Shown here: one piece after another, positions 20,236-29,188 of the stretch
Layout of the letters: the number at the start of each line of letters is the position of its first letter
Position numbering within the stretch: the first letter of the stretch is position 1
Source: Methanobacteriota archaeon
Lineage (GTDB): Archaea > Thermoplasmatota > E2 > DHVEG-1
DNA length: 64,000 nucleotides
NCBI GenBank assembly: GCA_963769885.1
Contig: CAVYNH010000007.1
Coordinates: forward strand, 64,001-128,000
Direction: 5' to 3'
Notes under the pieces: model-generated
Database searches by the model: none
What the model was told of the DNA's origin: nothing
The model's input: only the letters and a program-made list of their open reading frames with translations
Program-made: the position numbers and the translations under genes

Positions 20236-21615
20236 ATGAATTCAACGGAAGAACAAGACCTTGTTAAGGTATTAGGACAACTGATTTCAAAGATAAAAAA
20301 GGAGATATTCGATGTTCGTTCCAAGGGGATGATAAAGCCAGAAGAAGAATTATACTATCGTTGGAAGATAGATAAATTTCAGTATACGAAGAATGGTGTG
20401 ACGGAATCCTCCGCTCATGCAGAACCTATCATGAAAAAATCTTGGTGGAGGGCTGCTCTAATGATTGAGGAATCTATCAAAAAATCTCATGAATATTTTC
20501 TTGCTGTAGAGGTTTTAAGTAAAATTTTTCATGGAAGAAATACAATAACTCATGACCTCGATTGTTTATTAAGAAAGGTAATCTCATTGTATTTAGAAGA
20601 AACAGCATTTAATGAAACGTATTTTGATGTTCTAATTTCAAATTTTTTAAAAGAGATTAAAGAGGAACCATTAAGATATATGGCAGAAGTCGAACTCAAC
20701 GGAATAGTACTTATTCCAGAGAAGATTGAATATAAAATTGGAGATACAGATGTCGCCCTACGTCAAACTAAAATTGAAGATCTTGAAAAGGAATTTCCTG
20801 CCAATAGGATAGCTGGCCAACCTTTCTTAAGAACGCCTTCGGCAATTCTTAATTTGGAGTTTCTTGGACAAGGAGACAATGAATTACAAATAAAAATCTT
20901 GCAGACAATTGCAGTGCTTCGACTCTTCAAAGTTGGAAGCGTGAAAACCCTCTCATACTGTATGCATTCAGACTCCATCACAAATCTTATGGCCTCTACG
21001 ATTCATACTGCCGTAGATTCAGAAAGAGCTTTAGAAATAAGCCAAATCATAAATGAAGATGAACAAAAATTGAAAAGATTTTGGCAGATAATGATTAAAG
21101 CTCTGCCATCTAATTTTTACACGTTTGAAGATATAAAGATAGATTATATCACCATTGCGTACAAACGTTATTGCGATGCGTTATTGCAAAATGGTTCTAT
21201 AGAACGAAGGATCGCCAATGCAGTGATGGGTCTAGAGAGTCTTTTTCTGAAAGGTGGGGAAATCCAGGAGTTACTTTACCGCCTGAGTATAAGGGTCTCC
21301 AAAATATTCAATTATTTAGAATATGATTATTGCAAAGTAAAAGAGGTAGTAGAAGAAGCCTACAAGGTGAGGAATCTTTTTGTTCACGGCAGCTATTTGT
21401 CGTACAATGAAAAAAAGAAATTGAATAGCAAATTTGGCGATGCTAGAAAGTTGTTACTGTCACTGCTCGACTATTTACGGATATCTATACTGGTCATGAT
21501 ATTAGTCAAAATGGAGAAGGAAGAATTTCTCGATTTAATCGATGATAGCTTAGTTGACAAAGGGAAAGACAATCAATTAAATAATATCCTCAATACCGCT
21601 AGAAATGTTATCTAA
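20236..21615 (+). CDS. HEPN-domain protein (ApeA/Apea-like C-terminus)
   Basis: GLESLF...ELLYRLSIRV...AYKVRNLFVHG (RxxxxH). Confidence 0.75.
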   Translation: MNSTEEQDLVKVLGQLISKIKKEIFDVRSKGMIKPEEELYYRWKIDKFQYTKNGVTESSAHAEPIMKKSWWRAALMIEESIKKSHEYFLAVEVLSKIFHGRNTITHDLDCLLRKVISLYLEETAFNETYFDVLISNFLKEIKEEPLRYMAEVELNGIVLIPEKIEYKIGDTDVALRQTKIEDLEKEFPANRIAGQPFLRTPSAILNLEFLGQGDNELQIKILQTIAVLRLFKVGSVKTLSYCMHSDSITNLMASTIHTAVDSERALEISQIINEDEQKLKRFWQIMIKALPSNFYTFEDIKIDYITIAYKRYCDALLQNGSIERRIANAVMGLESLFLKGGEIQELLYRLSIRVSKIFNYLEYDYCKVKEVVEEAYKVRNLFVHGSYLSYNEKKKLNSKFGDARKLLLSLLDYLRISILVMILVKMEKEEFLDLIDDSLVDKGKDNQLNNILNTARNVI

Positions 21616-21621
21616 GTAACA

Positions 21622-21812
21622 ATGAAATAGGGGCTTTGCCCCTATCACCCCATTCCGCCTTTATACCTTTCCTCTGCTGGTCCTTCTCGGGATACTGTCA
21701 CCGAGATAGCGCTACATTCATGGACTCTTCTTCTGTTGTGGATTTTTAGGTGTGGATTTTCGAATCGTGTTTTTGTACTATGAAACAGCCAATGAATCTG
21801 TCAACGAAGATT
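21622..21812. repeat. Inverted IS200 right end fused to type-A arm
   Basis: ATGAAATAGGGGCTTTGCCCCTATCACCCCATTCCGCCTT then TCGGGATACTGTCACCGAGATAGCGC. Confidence 0.85.
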
Positions 21813-21915
21813 TGATAACAGAAAAGGCCTAGTTCATAATTCTACCAGGAGAGAACACGTAGCATAAAAATGGGAATTATGAATCAAGCCCAGACAAAAA
21901 GAAAGAAAAAGAGAT

Positions 21916-21972
21916 TTACTTCTTTTTCTTTGTTGTTTTCTTCTTCGTTGCTTTTTTTGTTTTTGTAGCCAT
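21916..21972 (-). CDS. 18-aa lysine-rich micropeptide
   Basis: MATKTKKATKKKTTKKKK with GAGGAG RBS. Confidence 0.5.
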   Translation of the reverse strand: MATKTKKATKKKTTKKKK

Positions 21973-22087
21973 GATTTTTTTCATCTCCTCTTCTAAACTT
22001 ATGAATGGAGAGATTGATTAAATACTTTGTTCAATTATTTGTTAAAATTTCTATGAAAATAGCCAACAAAAAGGATATGGGGCAATA

Positions 22088-22468
22088 TTATCTATTTTTG
22101 ATGATATTTTTAAGTGCCGATATATCATTTTTAATGCTTTTAACTTCTTTTAATTTTTCCTGTTCGAAGGCTTTTAATATTTCAGATAAATCCGTGGTGG
22201 TTTTATAGATATGAACTGGTCTGCCTTTCCCCTCCTTTTTAAGATCCCGCTTTTTTACCCATCCTCTTCTGCGTAGTTCCTGCATCGCTATGCTCACCTC
22301 AGGTTGACGCATATCTGTCCCCTGTTCAACATCAGCAAATTTATATTCATCAAATCGTGAAGCGTATAATAACGTTTTAGCAAGATTTTTCGGCATCCCT
22401 AACCTAACGAATAATTGAATAGCTTTACCATCATCGGTGTCTAACATATACACATTTTTTTGTTTCAT
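22088..22468 (-). CDS. Archaeal winged-HTH transcriptional regulator
   Basis: MRQPEVSIAMQELRRRGWV...GKGRPVHIY. Confidence 0.85.
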   Translation of the reverse strand: MKQKNVYMLDTDDGKAIQLFVRLGMPKNLAKTLLYASRFDEYKFADVEQGTDMRQPEVSIAMQELRRRGWVKKRDLKKEGKGRPVHIYKTTTDLSEILKAFEQEKLKEVKSIKNDISALKNIIKNR

Positions 22469-22684
22469 ATTTTCCACCTCCTCATATTTCATACCATATA
22501 ACATTTAATCACTTATAAGACCAGCCATCAATTGAAAACAAGGAACCATTCATATACAAAGATGCGAAAAAACAGATTCCACAGCCAGCATACTATGAGA
22601 GTATCATTTTAATAGAAATACTTGTTCTTTGTTTTGCCACCTAGAAACTGTGACACTTCACTATTTAACGGAAAGTGATACTAT

Positions 22685-23236
22685 ATGATAGAAATAAAAG
22701 TACAAAATATTGTAGCATCTACATCTTTTGCAGATAAGTTAGATCTTGATGTGATAGCACAATCATTGAAAGAAGCTGAATATGAGCCAGAGCAGTTTCC
22801 TGGGCTCGTGTATCGGTTGAGTAGTCCGAAAACCGCTACCCTTCTATTTAGAAGTGGGAAGGCGAACTGTACTGGTGCAAAGAATATTGAAGACGTCAAA
22901 ACCACTATTAATATCATTGCGGAAAAACTGAAGATGCTGGGTGTTGAGGTCTATAAAGACTTTGGGATCGTCATTCAGAATATTGTAGCCACAGCTGATC
23001 TTGGGGGAGATCTTAATCTTAGCGAAGTAGCTATATCTCTTGGTTTAGAAAATGTGGAATATGAACCTGAGCAGTTCCCCGGACTGGTCTATAGGATAAA
23101 AGAACCTAGGGTAGCTATGCTTTTGTTCGGTTCTGGCAAAATAGTCTGTGCAGGTGCAAGAAAGATGGAAGATGTGTCATTAGCAGTTGATAAATTATCA
23201 AAAGAGCTCACGTCATTGGGGCTTCTCCATAAGTAA
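22685..23236 (+). CDS. tbp: TATA-box-binding protein
   Basis: Two NIVA...YEPEQFPGLVYR...F.SGK repeats. Confidence 0.97.
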   Translation: MIEIKVQNIVASTSFADKLDLDVIAQSLKEAEYEPEQFPGLVYRLSSPKTATLLFRSGKANCTGAKNIEDVKTTINIIAEKLKMLGVEVYKDFGIVIQNIVATADLGGDLNLSEVAISLGLENVEYEPEQFPGLVYRIKEPRVAMLLFGSGKIVCAGARKMEDVSLAVDKLSKELTSLGLLHK

Positions 23237-23382
23237 AACCTCTCTCGTAATATATGGGGCAACGAAAAAAACCAATCTGTTAACGTGAGAGACGTTCTTT
23301 TCCATAAGAAAATCCTCAAAACTCCTACGAACGAGTATTTATATTACTCAACTGATAAGTTAGAGAATATCAGGGATTTGTT

Positions 23383-24319
23383 TTGGTTAAAAAAGAAAAA
23401 CAGAAAATAGAAGAAATCGTTCAATGCCCTGAATGTGGGAGTACCCATCTCAGTAAAGATTACTCTCGGGCGGAATTAGTTTGTAGAAATTGCGGACTTA
23501 TTCTTGATGAGGATATCATTGACCATGGCCCAGAATGGCGTGCATTTGATAGCGAACAGCGGGAAAAACGAGCTCGAACTGGAGCACCAATGACGTACAC
23601 CATTCATGATAAAGGACTCAGTACCGATGATAGGATGGAAAAACAGAGATTCCTATGGGAAGTCAATTCCAACGAGAAATAGAGCACAAATCTATCGTTT
23701 GAGAAAATGGGCACGGCGCATTCGGATTAGCAATTCAACAGAGAGAAACCTTGCTATTGCATTTTCTGAGCTTGACAGAATGGCATCAGGCATGGGCCTC
23801 CCAAGAACGGTAAGAGAGACCGCTGCTATGATTTATAGAAAAGCAGCATTGAAAAAATTGGTCCGTGGTAGAAGCATAGAAGGTGTTACCACCGCAGCAT
23901 TGTATGCAGCATGCCGGCAGTGCCATGTGCCACGTACACTTGATGAAATAAGTAACATAGCACATATATCCAGGAAAGAGATCGGAAGGACCTACAGATA
24001 TGTCTCTCGTGAATTAGGATTAAAATTGTTGCCGACGTCACCAGAGGATTATATTTCAAGGTTCTGCAGTGAACTGAAATGTAGTGGCGATGTACGAGCG
24101 AAGACCTTGGAGATCTTACAAGAAGCTGCACACCGAGAACTTACTAGTGGACGTGGCCCAACTGGTATGGCAGCAGCCTCTCTTTATATTGCATCGGTAC
24201 TTTGTGGTGAACGGAGAACACAACACGAGGTAGCAGAAGTCGCAGGCGTCACCGAGGTTACTATTCGAAATCGCTACAAGGAACTCACAAATAAACTAGA
24301 TATAGGCATTGCCCTGTAA
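23383..24319 (+). CDS. tfb: TFB paralog 2 (+1 frameshift near 23625, probably an artefact)
   Basis: Zn ribbon and GPEWRAF in the first ORF, cyclin repeats in the second; HDKGLSTMIGW restored by removing one C. Confidence 0.93.
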
Positions 24320-24338
24320 GTTTCATCGTTTGCCCTAT

Positions 24339-24668
24339 TTATTCTTCTTTTTTAGTTGTTAAAATTATTTCTATTGAAGACACATTGGAGATTCTGCCTT
24401 CTTCATTGGTAACACTTTCAGTACCGATTTTTATTTCTTTAATTTTTGCGTCTTTGATAAATCTGTTTCTCACGATTTCTGCAGCATCTACCGCTGTACT
24501 AATCGCCCTGCCTCTCGCTTTAATAATAACCTCATCCGAACCACTAGTGTTAAATTGTGTTACTATTGCAAGCACATAGCTCATCGGAGGTTTGTGTCCA
24601 ACATAGATTACGTTTTCATCTGGTCTTCTTTTTTCAGCTGTTCCCGCTTCTGTTGTTTCTTCTACCAT
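24339..24668 (-). CDS. albA: DNA/RNA-binding protein Alba
   Basis: [14 protein letters not shown]...[12 protein letters not shown]...VSSIEI. Confidence 0.95.
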   Translation of the reverse strand: MVEETTEAGTAEKRRPDENVIYVGHKPPMSYVLAIVTQFNTSGSDEVIIKARGRAISTAVDAAEIVRNRFIKDAKIKEIKIGTESVTNEEGRISNVSSIEIILTTKKEE

Positions 24669-24710
24669 AATTTTTTCCCGCTCAAACCTACAATTTAATA
24701 ACATCTCATT

Positions 24711-24785
24711 CTTTAATAACATACCCTGAGAAACCCATCACATAGCAGGGAATACTGCGTCCTAGGCCCGTTTCCGCGGCTCCGT
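24711..24785. repeat. R repeat 7
   Basis: CTTTAATAACATACCCTGAGAAACCCAT|CACATAGCAGGGAATACTGCGTCCTAGGCCCGTTTCC. Confidence 0.8.
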
Positions 24786-24819
24786 TTTCAACAAAAAAGG
24801 ATTAATCATGATTCTACAT

Positions 24820-24864
24820 GTCTACACCACAGTTCGAACCACGCAGTATTCCTAGCCGCTATTG
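24820..24864 (-). mobile_element. Isolated IS200 left end
   Basis: Minus strand TTAT|CAATAGCGGCTAGGAATACTGCGTGGTTCGAAC. Confidence 0.8.
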
Positions 24865-24887
24865 ATAAAAATGTCACACTAGATTTA

Positions 24888-24961
24888 CGCCCGCATCGGG
24901 ATTCGAACCCGAGTCTTAGGCTCCGCAGGCCCATAGGATGTCCAAGCTACCCCATGCGGGC
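24888..24961 (-). tRNA. tRNA-Arg(GCG)
   Basis: GCCCGCA/TGCGGGC acceptor stem, CTGCGGA anticodon loop, GGTTCGAATCC T-arm. Confidence 0.95.
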
Positions 24962-25123
24962 AAGACGCACCCTTCGCAGCCGATTTTAGCGTCAAGTCAG
25001 GGACCTTTCTTGACAAATCGGTGACGGAGAGTTTTCTGTGCAGTAATCATATATCATATTATAAGCCTTGGGAGGTCTCTCGCAGACTTCGTTCTGCTCG
25101 GCACGAACGCTTCGAACAACCCC

Positions 25124-25642
25124 TCAGCGTTTAAGGACATCCACCATCGCCACCCGCTCCAACACAAGATCACCACACTGACTCGGGGTAACAGTGGCGA
25201 CCTCCTGGTCGCTGATCCCGAACCGACGCAACGTCTCCCGATCCCCCTCAAGCACCGCATCGTCGCGCACAAACCCAAGACAAGAAAGCAAGTCAGTGAC
25301 CACGACCTCGAGGCTGTCTGAGCGATCCTCCTCTGTACCAACCACGATCGCAAAAGCAGTCGTCCCCGGTTTCACCCCCATCTTCCCTAGCGCCTTCTGA
25401 ATCTGCGGCTCCCCCGAGGCATACAACAGGGTCTCCAACCCCACCGACCCCGTCGCATTCGTCCCCTCAGCGAACGAACGCACGGCATGGTCATAGGCGG
25501 ACAGCAGATGCAGCCTGCCATACACTAAAGAGGCATCCATGACCTGAATCACGACATGATGCCGGGCCGCGACCTCCTGCACCCGTGCGAGAAAACCAGC
25601 AACGTCTCGCAGATTCCCACGGGCGCCGAAGACCTCCCTCAT
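25124..25642 (-). CDS. cgi121: KEOPS complex subunit Cgi121
   Basis: ETLLYASGEPQIQKALGKMGV; LVLERVA C-terminus. Confidence 0.88.
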   Translation of the reverse strand: MREVFGARGNLRDVAGFLARVQEVAARHHVVIQVMDASLVYGRLHLLSAYDHAVRSFAEGTNATGSVGLETLLYASGEPQIQKALGKMGVKPGTTAFAIVVGTEEDRSDSLEVVVTDLLSCLGFVRDDAVLEGDRETLRRFGISDQEVATVTPSQCGDLVLERVAMVDVLKR

Positions 25643-27810
25643 GCGCGCCTCGCCTTCAACACCATATCACCCTTTCCCGCCTCCTCCCCCAGCTGTTTCT
25701 TGATGCTGACGGCCACGGCCTTGCCGATTCCCTTGATCTTCGCGAGTCGCTCCTCAGGGATACCGCGCAGCGAGTTCACCGTCGGGAACCCCGCGTTGTA
25801 TAACGCACGGGCACGCACCCTCCCGATGCCCTTGAACGTCACCAAATTCAAGAGTTCCTCCTTGCAACCATGCTGCACCCGCGTGATCAAATCGTTCAGG
25901 CTTGAGACCGCGGAGAACTCGTACATCCGGGCGAACTCCCGTAACGCATGCAGCAGCCACTCCGCGACCTCCACGACCGTATGCACATCACCCGGCCAGA
26001 CATTGTACTTCGTGACCAAGGAATCGAGGGGTACCTCCTCGATCCAGTCGTTCAGAAGGAACGCGGTCTTCAGGTCGCTGAGGAACCATTCGTACTCCGT
26101 GCTCCCCCGCTTGGGGACATCCACGAGCAATTCATCCCCGATATGCTCCAGCTTCTCCTCGACCCACGCATCCGACCCACGCATGTACAACGACCGGAGG
26201 TCCGGCGTCGAGCAAATCGCATGTAGGAACCCGAGCACCCCCGCATCACGCCCCCGCACGTGCCCGAGCGCGTCTTTCAGGCGGACCGCGGAGAGCGGAT
26301 CCACGTACAACGACGTCGTCTGTGTCCCAAACGCCGTTGGGATGAACCCCGCCCGCACCGGCTCCACAAACTGGTTCTCCTTGAGGAAATCCAGTGCGGT
26401 CCGGACCTCCTGCTCGATCGTCGTCGGATCCGCCTGGTACGCATAGAAGGTGCTGTGGATGAACTTGATGATGCCCTCAAGGTCCTTGACGAACCCGGTG
26501 GACAGCGCCGCGAGCAGATGCATCCGCATCGCCGGTTGCGTCCCCAGCTTCGAATAAATCGGCTCCGTATCTGCTAGGATATAGTTCGCGAAGATTGCTT
26601 CCTGCTGCCCGCTGTCCTTGGCGATGGTGATCGCCTCGCCGACGGTATCATAGCGAGGTCGGCCCGCACGGCCCGCCTGCTGCTTGTACTCCAGAATCGG
26701 GATGGGCACCATCCCGAAGTTCATGTCGTACCGCCACAGGTCCCGGATGATGACCGTCCGCGCCGGGAGGTTCACCCCGGCCGCGAGGGTCGGCGTCGCC
26801 ACGATGCACTTGATGACCCGGTTCTTGAATCCCTGTTCGACAGCACGCCGCTGACTAAGTTCCAGGCCAGCATGGTGAAACGCCACGCCCTGCTGCATGC
26901 ATGCGGACAGCGACTCGTCAGGAGCGACGAGCTCGCCTTGGGCTTTCCTCATGGACCCGACGAGCGCCTTCGACGCTTTTCTCTCCGCTTCCGTGAGTAT
27001 CGGCTCGATGAGCGAGGCGAGACGCTGGGCGACCGACACCGTAGATTTCCGGTTATTGACGAACACCAGCGATTGCCCCCCGTCACGCAATGCATACTCC
27101 ACAAGCATGTCGAGCGACTGTTTGGCGTCGCCGGCGACAGGCTTCTTCGAGCCGTCATCAAACCGGATAAACTTCTTGAAATAGACGCCTTCGTGAAGCG
27201 TCACAGGACGCCAGTCCGACTGGATTAGGTCTGCGCCCAGCCAGTCCGCGAGTTCCACCGCGTTCTTGATTGTCGCAGACAAGGCGATCAATTGAGTCTT
27301 GGGGTTCAATGCCTTGAAGCGGGAGATGATGACTTCCAGCGTCGGCCCCCGAGAAGGATCGTGGATCAGATGGATTTCGTCGATGACCAGGACGCGGACT
27401 TGGTCGACCCAGGTGAGTCCATGGCGGAGCAGCGAGTCCGCCTTTTCCGAGGTGCAGACGATGATGTCGTACTTCCCAAGCCGTTTATCCGATTCGTCAA
27501 GGTCTCCTGTGGAGATGCCGATTTTAAGACCCAAGGGTTCGAACGCCTGCAAGTCTTCATATTTCTCTCGGGCGAGCGCACGGAGAGGGACAACGTAGAG
27601 GGCCTTGCCGCCCTCAGCCAGCAGCCGATGGATAATGGCGAGATACGCGACCAGGCTTTTTCCGGCGGCGGTCGGCACCGCGAGGATGACGTTCTTTTTC
27701 GCAAAGACCTTGGGGAGTGCCTGGGCTTGGGGTGGGTAGAACTCGTCGATGCCCTGCTCGACGAGAATCTTCTGGACAGGAGGCGGAAGAATGGTATCAG
27801 CGGGTCGCAT
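25639..27810 (-). CDS. hel308: Ski2-like helicase Hel308
   Basis: PTAAGKS, DEIH, SAT, HHAGL, TLAAGVNLPA, GRAGRP, C-terminal HhH. Confidence 0.95.
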   Translation of the reverse strand: MRPADTILPPPVQKILVEQGIDEFYPPQAQALPKVFAKKNVILAVPTAAGKSLVAYLAIIHRLLAEGGKALYVVPLRALAREKYEDLQAFEPLGLKIGISTGDLDESDKRLGKYDIIVCTSEKADSLLRHGLTWVDQVRVLVIDEIHLIHDPSRGPTLEVIISRFKALNPKTQLIALSATIKNAVELADWLGADLIQSDWRPVTLHEGVYFKKFIRFDDGSKKPVAGDAKQSLDMLVEYALRDGGQSLVFVNNRKSTVSVAQRLASLIEPILTEAERKASKALVGSMRKAQGELVAPDESLSACMQQGVAFHHAGLELSQRRAVEQGFKNRVIKCIVATPTLAAGVNLPARTVIIRDLWRYDMNFGMVPIPILEYKQQAGRAGRPRYDTVGEAITIAKDSGQQEAIFANYILADTEPIYSKLGTQPAMRMHLLAALSTGFVKDLEGIIKFIHSTFYAYQADPTTIEQEVRTALDFLKENQFVEPVRAGFIPTAFGTQTTSLYVDPLSAVRLKDALGHVRGRDAGVLGFLHAICSTPDLRSLYMRGSDAWVEEKLEHIGDELLVDVPKRGSTEYEWFLSDLKTAFLLNDWIEEVPLDSLVTKYNVWPGDVHTVVEVAEWLLHALREFARMYEFSAVSSLNDLITRVQHGCKEELLNLVTFKGIGRVRARALYNAGFPTVNSLRGIPEERLAKIKGIGKAVAVSIKKQLGEEAGKGDMVLKARRA

Positions 27811-27958
27811 AAGGATACTTTGACATCGAAAATGAGGTTATAAAACAATGAGTAGGGGGCCAAAAACACGCGCTCCATAAGGAGGGGGCAGGCCTTCCCC
27901 TCGGACCCAAAGACATTATAATGCACCGCTGGATACTCTGTCCAAAGACCAGCATCTG

Positions 27959-28273
27959 GTGAACGCTATGGGCCGCCGGCAGACGATGATGGAGAAATAC
28001 AAGATTCAGATGAAAGCCTATCGGAAGAAGCGGATGAAGGCGGACAGCACCCCGTTCTCCGGCGCCCAGGAGAGCGTCTACGTCATGGACTCGTTGAACC
28101 CGGAGAAGCGCATCAAGGTTATGATTAAGAAGACCGTGACGCGGAACCAGCGTCAGGTGATCGACAGCCTCGCCTGCCCGGAGTGCGGCGCGGACATGTA
28201 CTGGGATAACAACTGGGAGGCGTTCATCTGCACGAAGCATGGGAAGCGCGCGATCTACGAGCTCGCCCCCTGA
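27959..28273 (+). CDS. Hypothetical protein with C-terminal Zn ribbon
   Basis: CPECG...CTKH; start uncertain. Confidence 0.7.
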   Translation: MNAMGRRQTMMEKYKIQMKAYRKKRMKADSTPFSGAQESVYVMDSLNPEKRIKVMIKKTVTRNQRQVIDSLACPECGADMYWDNNWEAFICTKHGKRAIYELAP

Positions 28274-28472
28274 AATCTGTTCATCACGGCTCTCCTCTTG
28301 TTTGATTGGTCATTGATTGTATTCGCGGATCGTTTTGAAGCGGAAAGAGAAGTACGCATACAGAGACATCAACCCAACCTACGATTTCATACTTGCCGCA
28401 GACCGAAACCAAGGTTTTTCCTCGGAAACGTTCAGTATTCTTTATCTATATCTAATTCTATAAGGGGGGCTT

Positions 28473-28736
28473 GTGATCGCTATGGTCGAAGAAAAAATCG
28501 GCAGCATTGAGCATTTCTTCACCAATCTCAGCGTCGCCGCCATCAAAGTAACCAGCGGCGAACTTAAAATCGGTGACACCATCCACATCGTCGGCGCAAC
28601 CACCGACGTGACCCAAAAAATCGAGCGCATGGAGATCAACCGGTCACCGATCCTGGTCGCCAAACCCGGCGACGACATCGGCATCAAGGTCACCGGCCGC
28701 GTCCGCGAAGGCGACATCGTCTACAAAGTCCCATAG
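28473..28736 (+). CDS. Translation elongation factor domain-II-like small protein
   Basis: IEHFF...GELKIGDTIHI...GDDIGIKV. Confidence 0.8.
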   Translation: MIAMVEEKIGSIEHFFTNLSVAAIKVTSGELKIGDTIHIVGATTDVTQKIERMEINRSPILVAKPGDDIGIKVTGRVREGDIVYKVP

Positions 28737-28748
28737 GTGAACACCCCC

Positions 28749-29135
28749 ATGAAGGAATTGGCAGAAGTCAGAACCCTAAAAGTCAACCGCTACATCCTCA
28801 TCGACGAGGAGCCCTGCAAGATCCTCAGCATCTCCACTTCCAAGCCAGGGAAGCACGGTGAGGCCAAGGCCCGCATCGAAGCCATCGGCATCTTCGACGA
28901 AACGAAACGCAGCGTCGTCCACCCTGTCAAGCACAAGGTCGGCGTCCCCATGATCGACAAACGCAACGCCCAGATCCTCTCCCTTCAGGGAACCGACGTC
29001 GTCCAGCTCATGGACCTGGAGACCTACGAGACCTTCGAGATGCCCATCCCCGAGGACCTCAAAGGCCAGCTCGAGCCTGGAAAAGAAATCTTATACATGA
29101 CCGCGATGGGGAAACGCAAGATCACCCGCGCCTAA
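28749..29135 (+). CDS. eif5a: Translation factor aIF-5A
   Basis: [10 protein letters not shown] hypusine loop. Confidence 0.97.
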   Translation: MKELAEVRTLKVNRYILIDEEPCKILSISTSKPGKHGEAKARIEAIGIFDETKRSVVHPVKHKVGVPMIDKRNAQILSLQGTDVVQLMDLETYETFEMPIPEDLKGQLEPGKEILYMTAMGKRKITRA

Positions 29136-29188
29136 CACCATCACAAACCATCACAGGAAAAACCCGAGTACATGGGATCTGAGGCCGC

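Noticed and set aside
6951-24785. R repeats as a CRISPR array
   Set aside because: Spacing is 0.4-7 kb with genes in between, copies are degenerate, and no cas genes are present
6951-24785. R repeats as classical integron attC sites
   Set aside because: No consistent RYYYAAC...GTTRRRY boxes and no IntI; similarity to the IS200 left end is better
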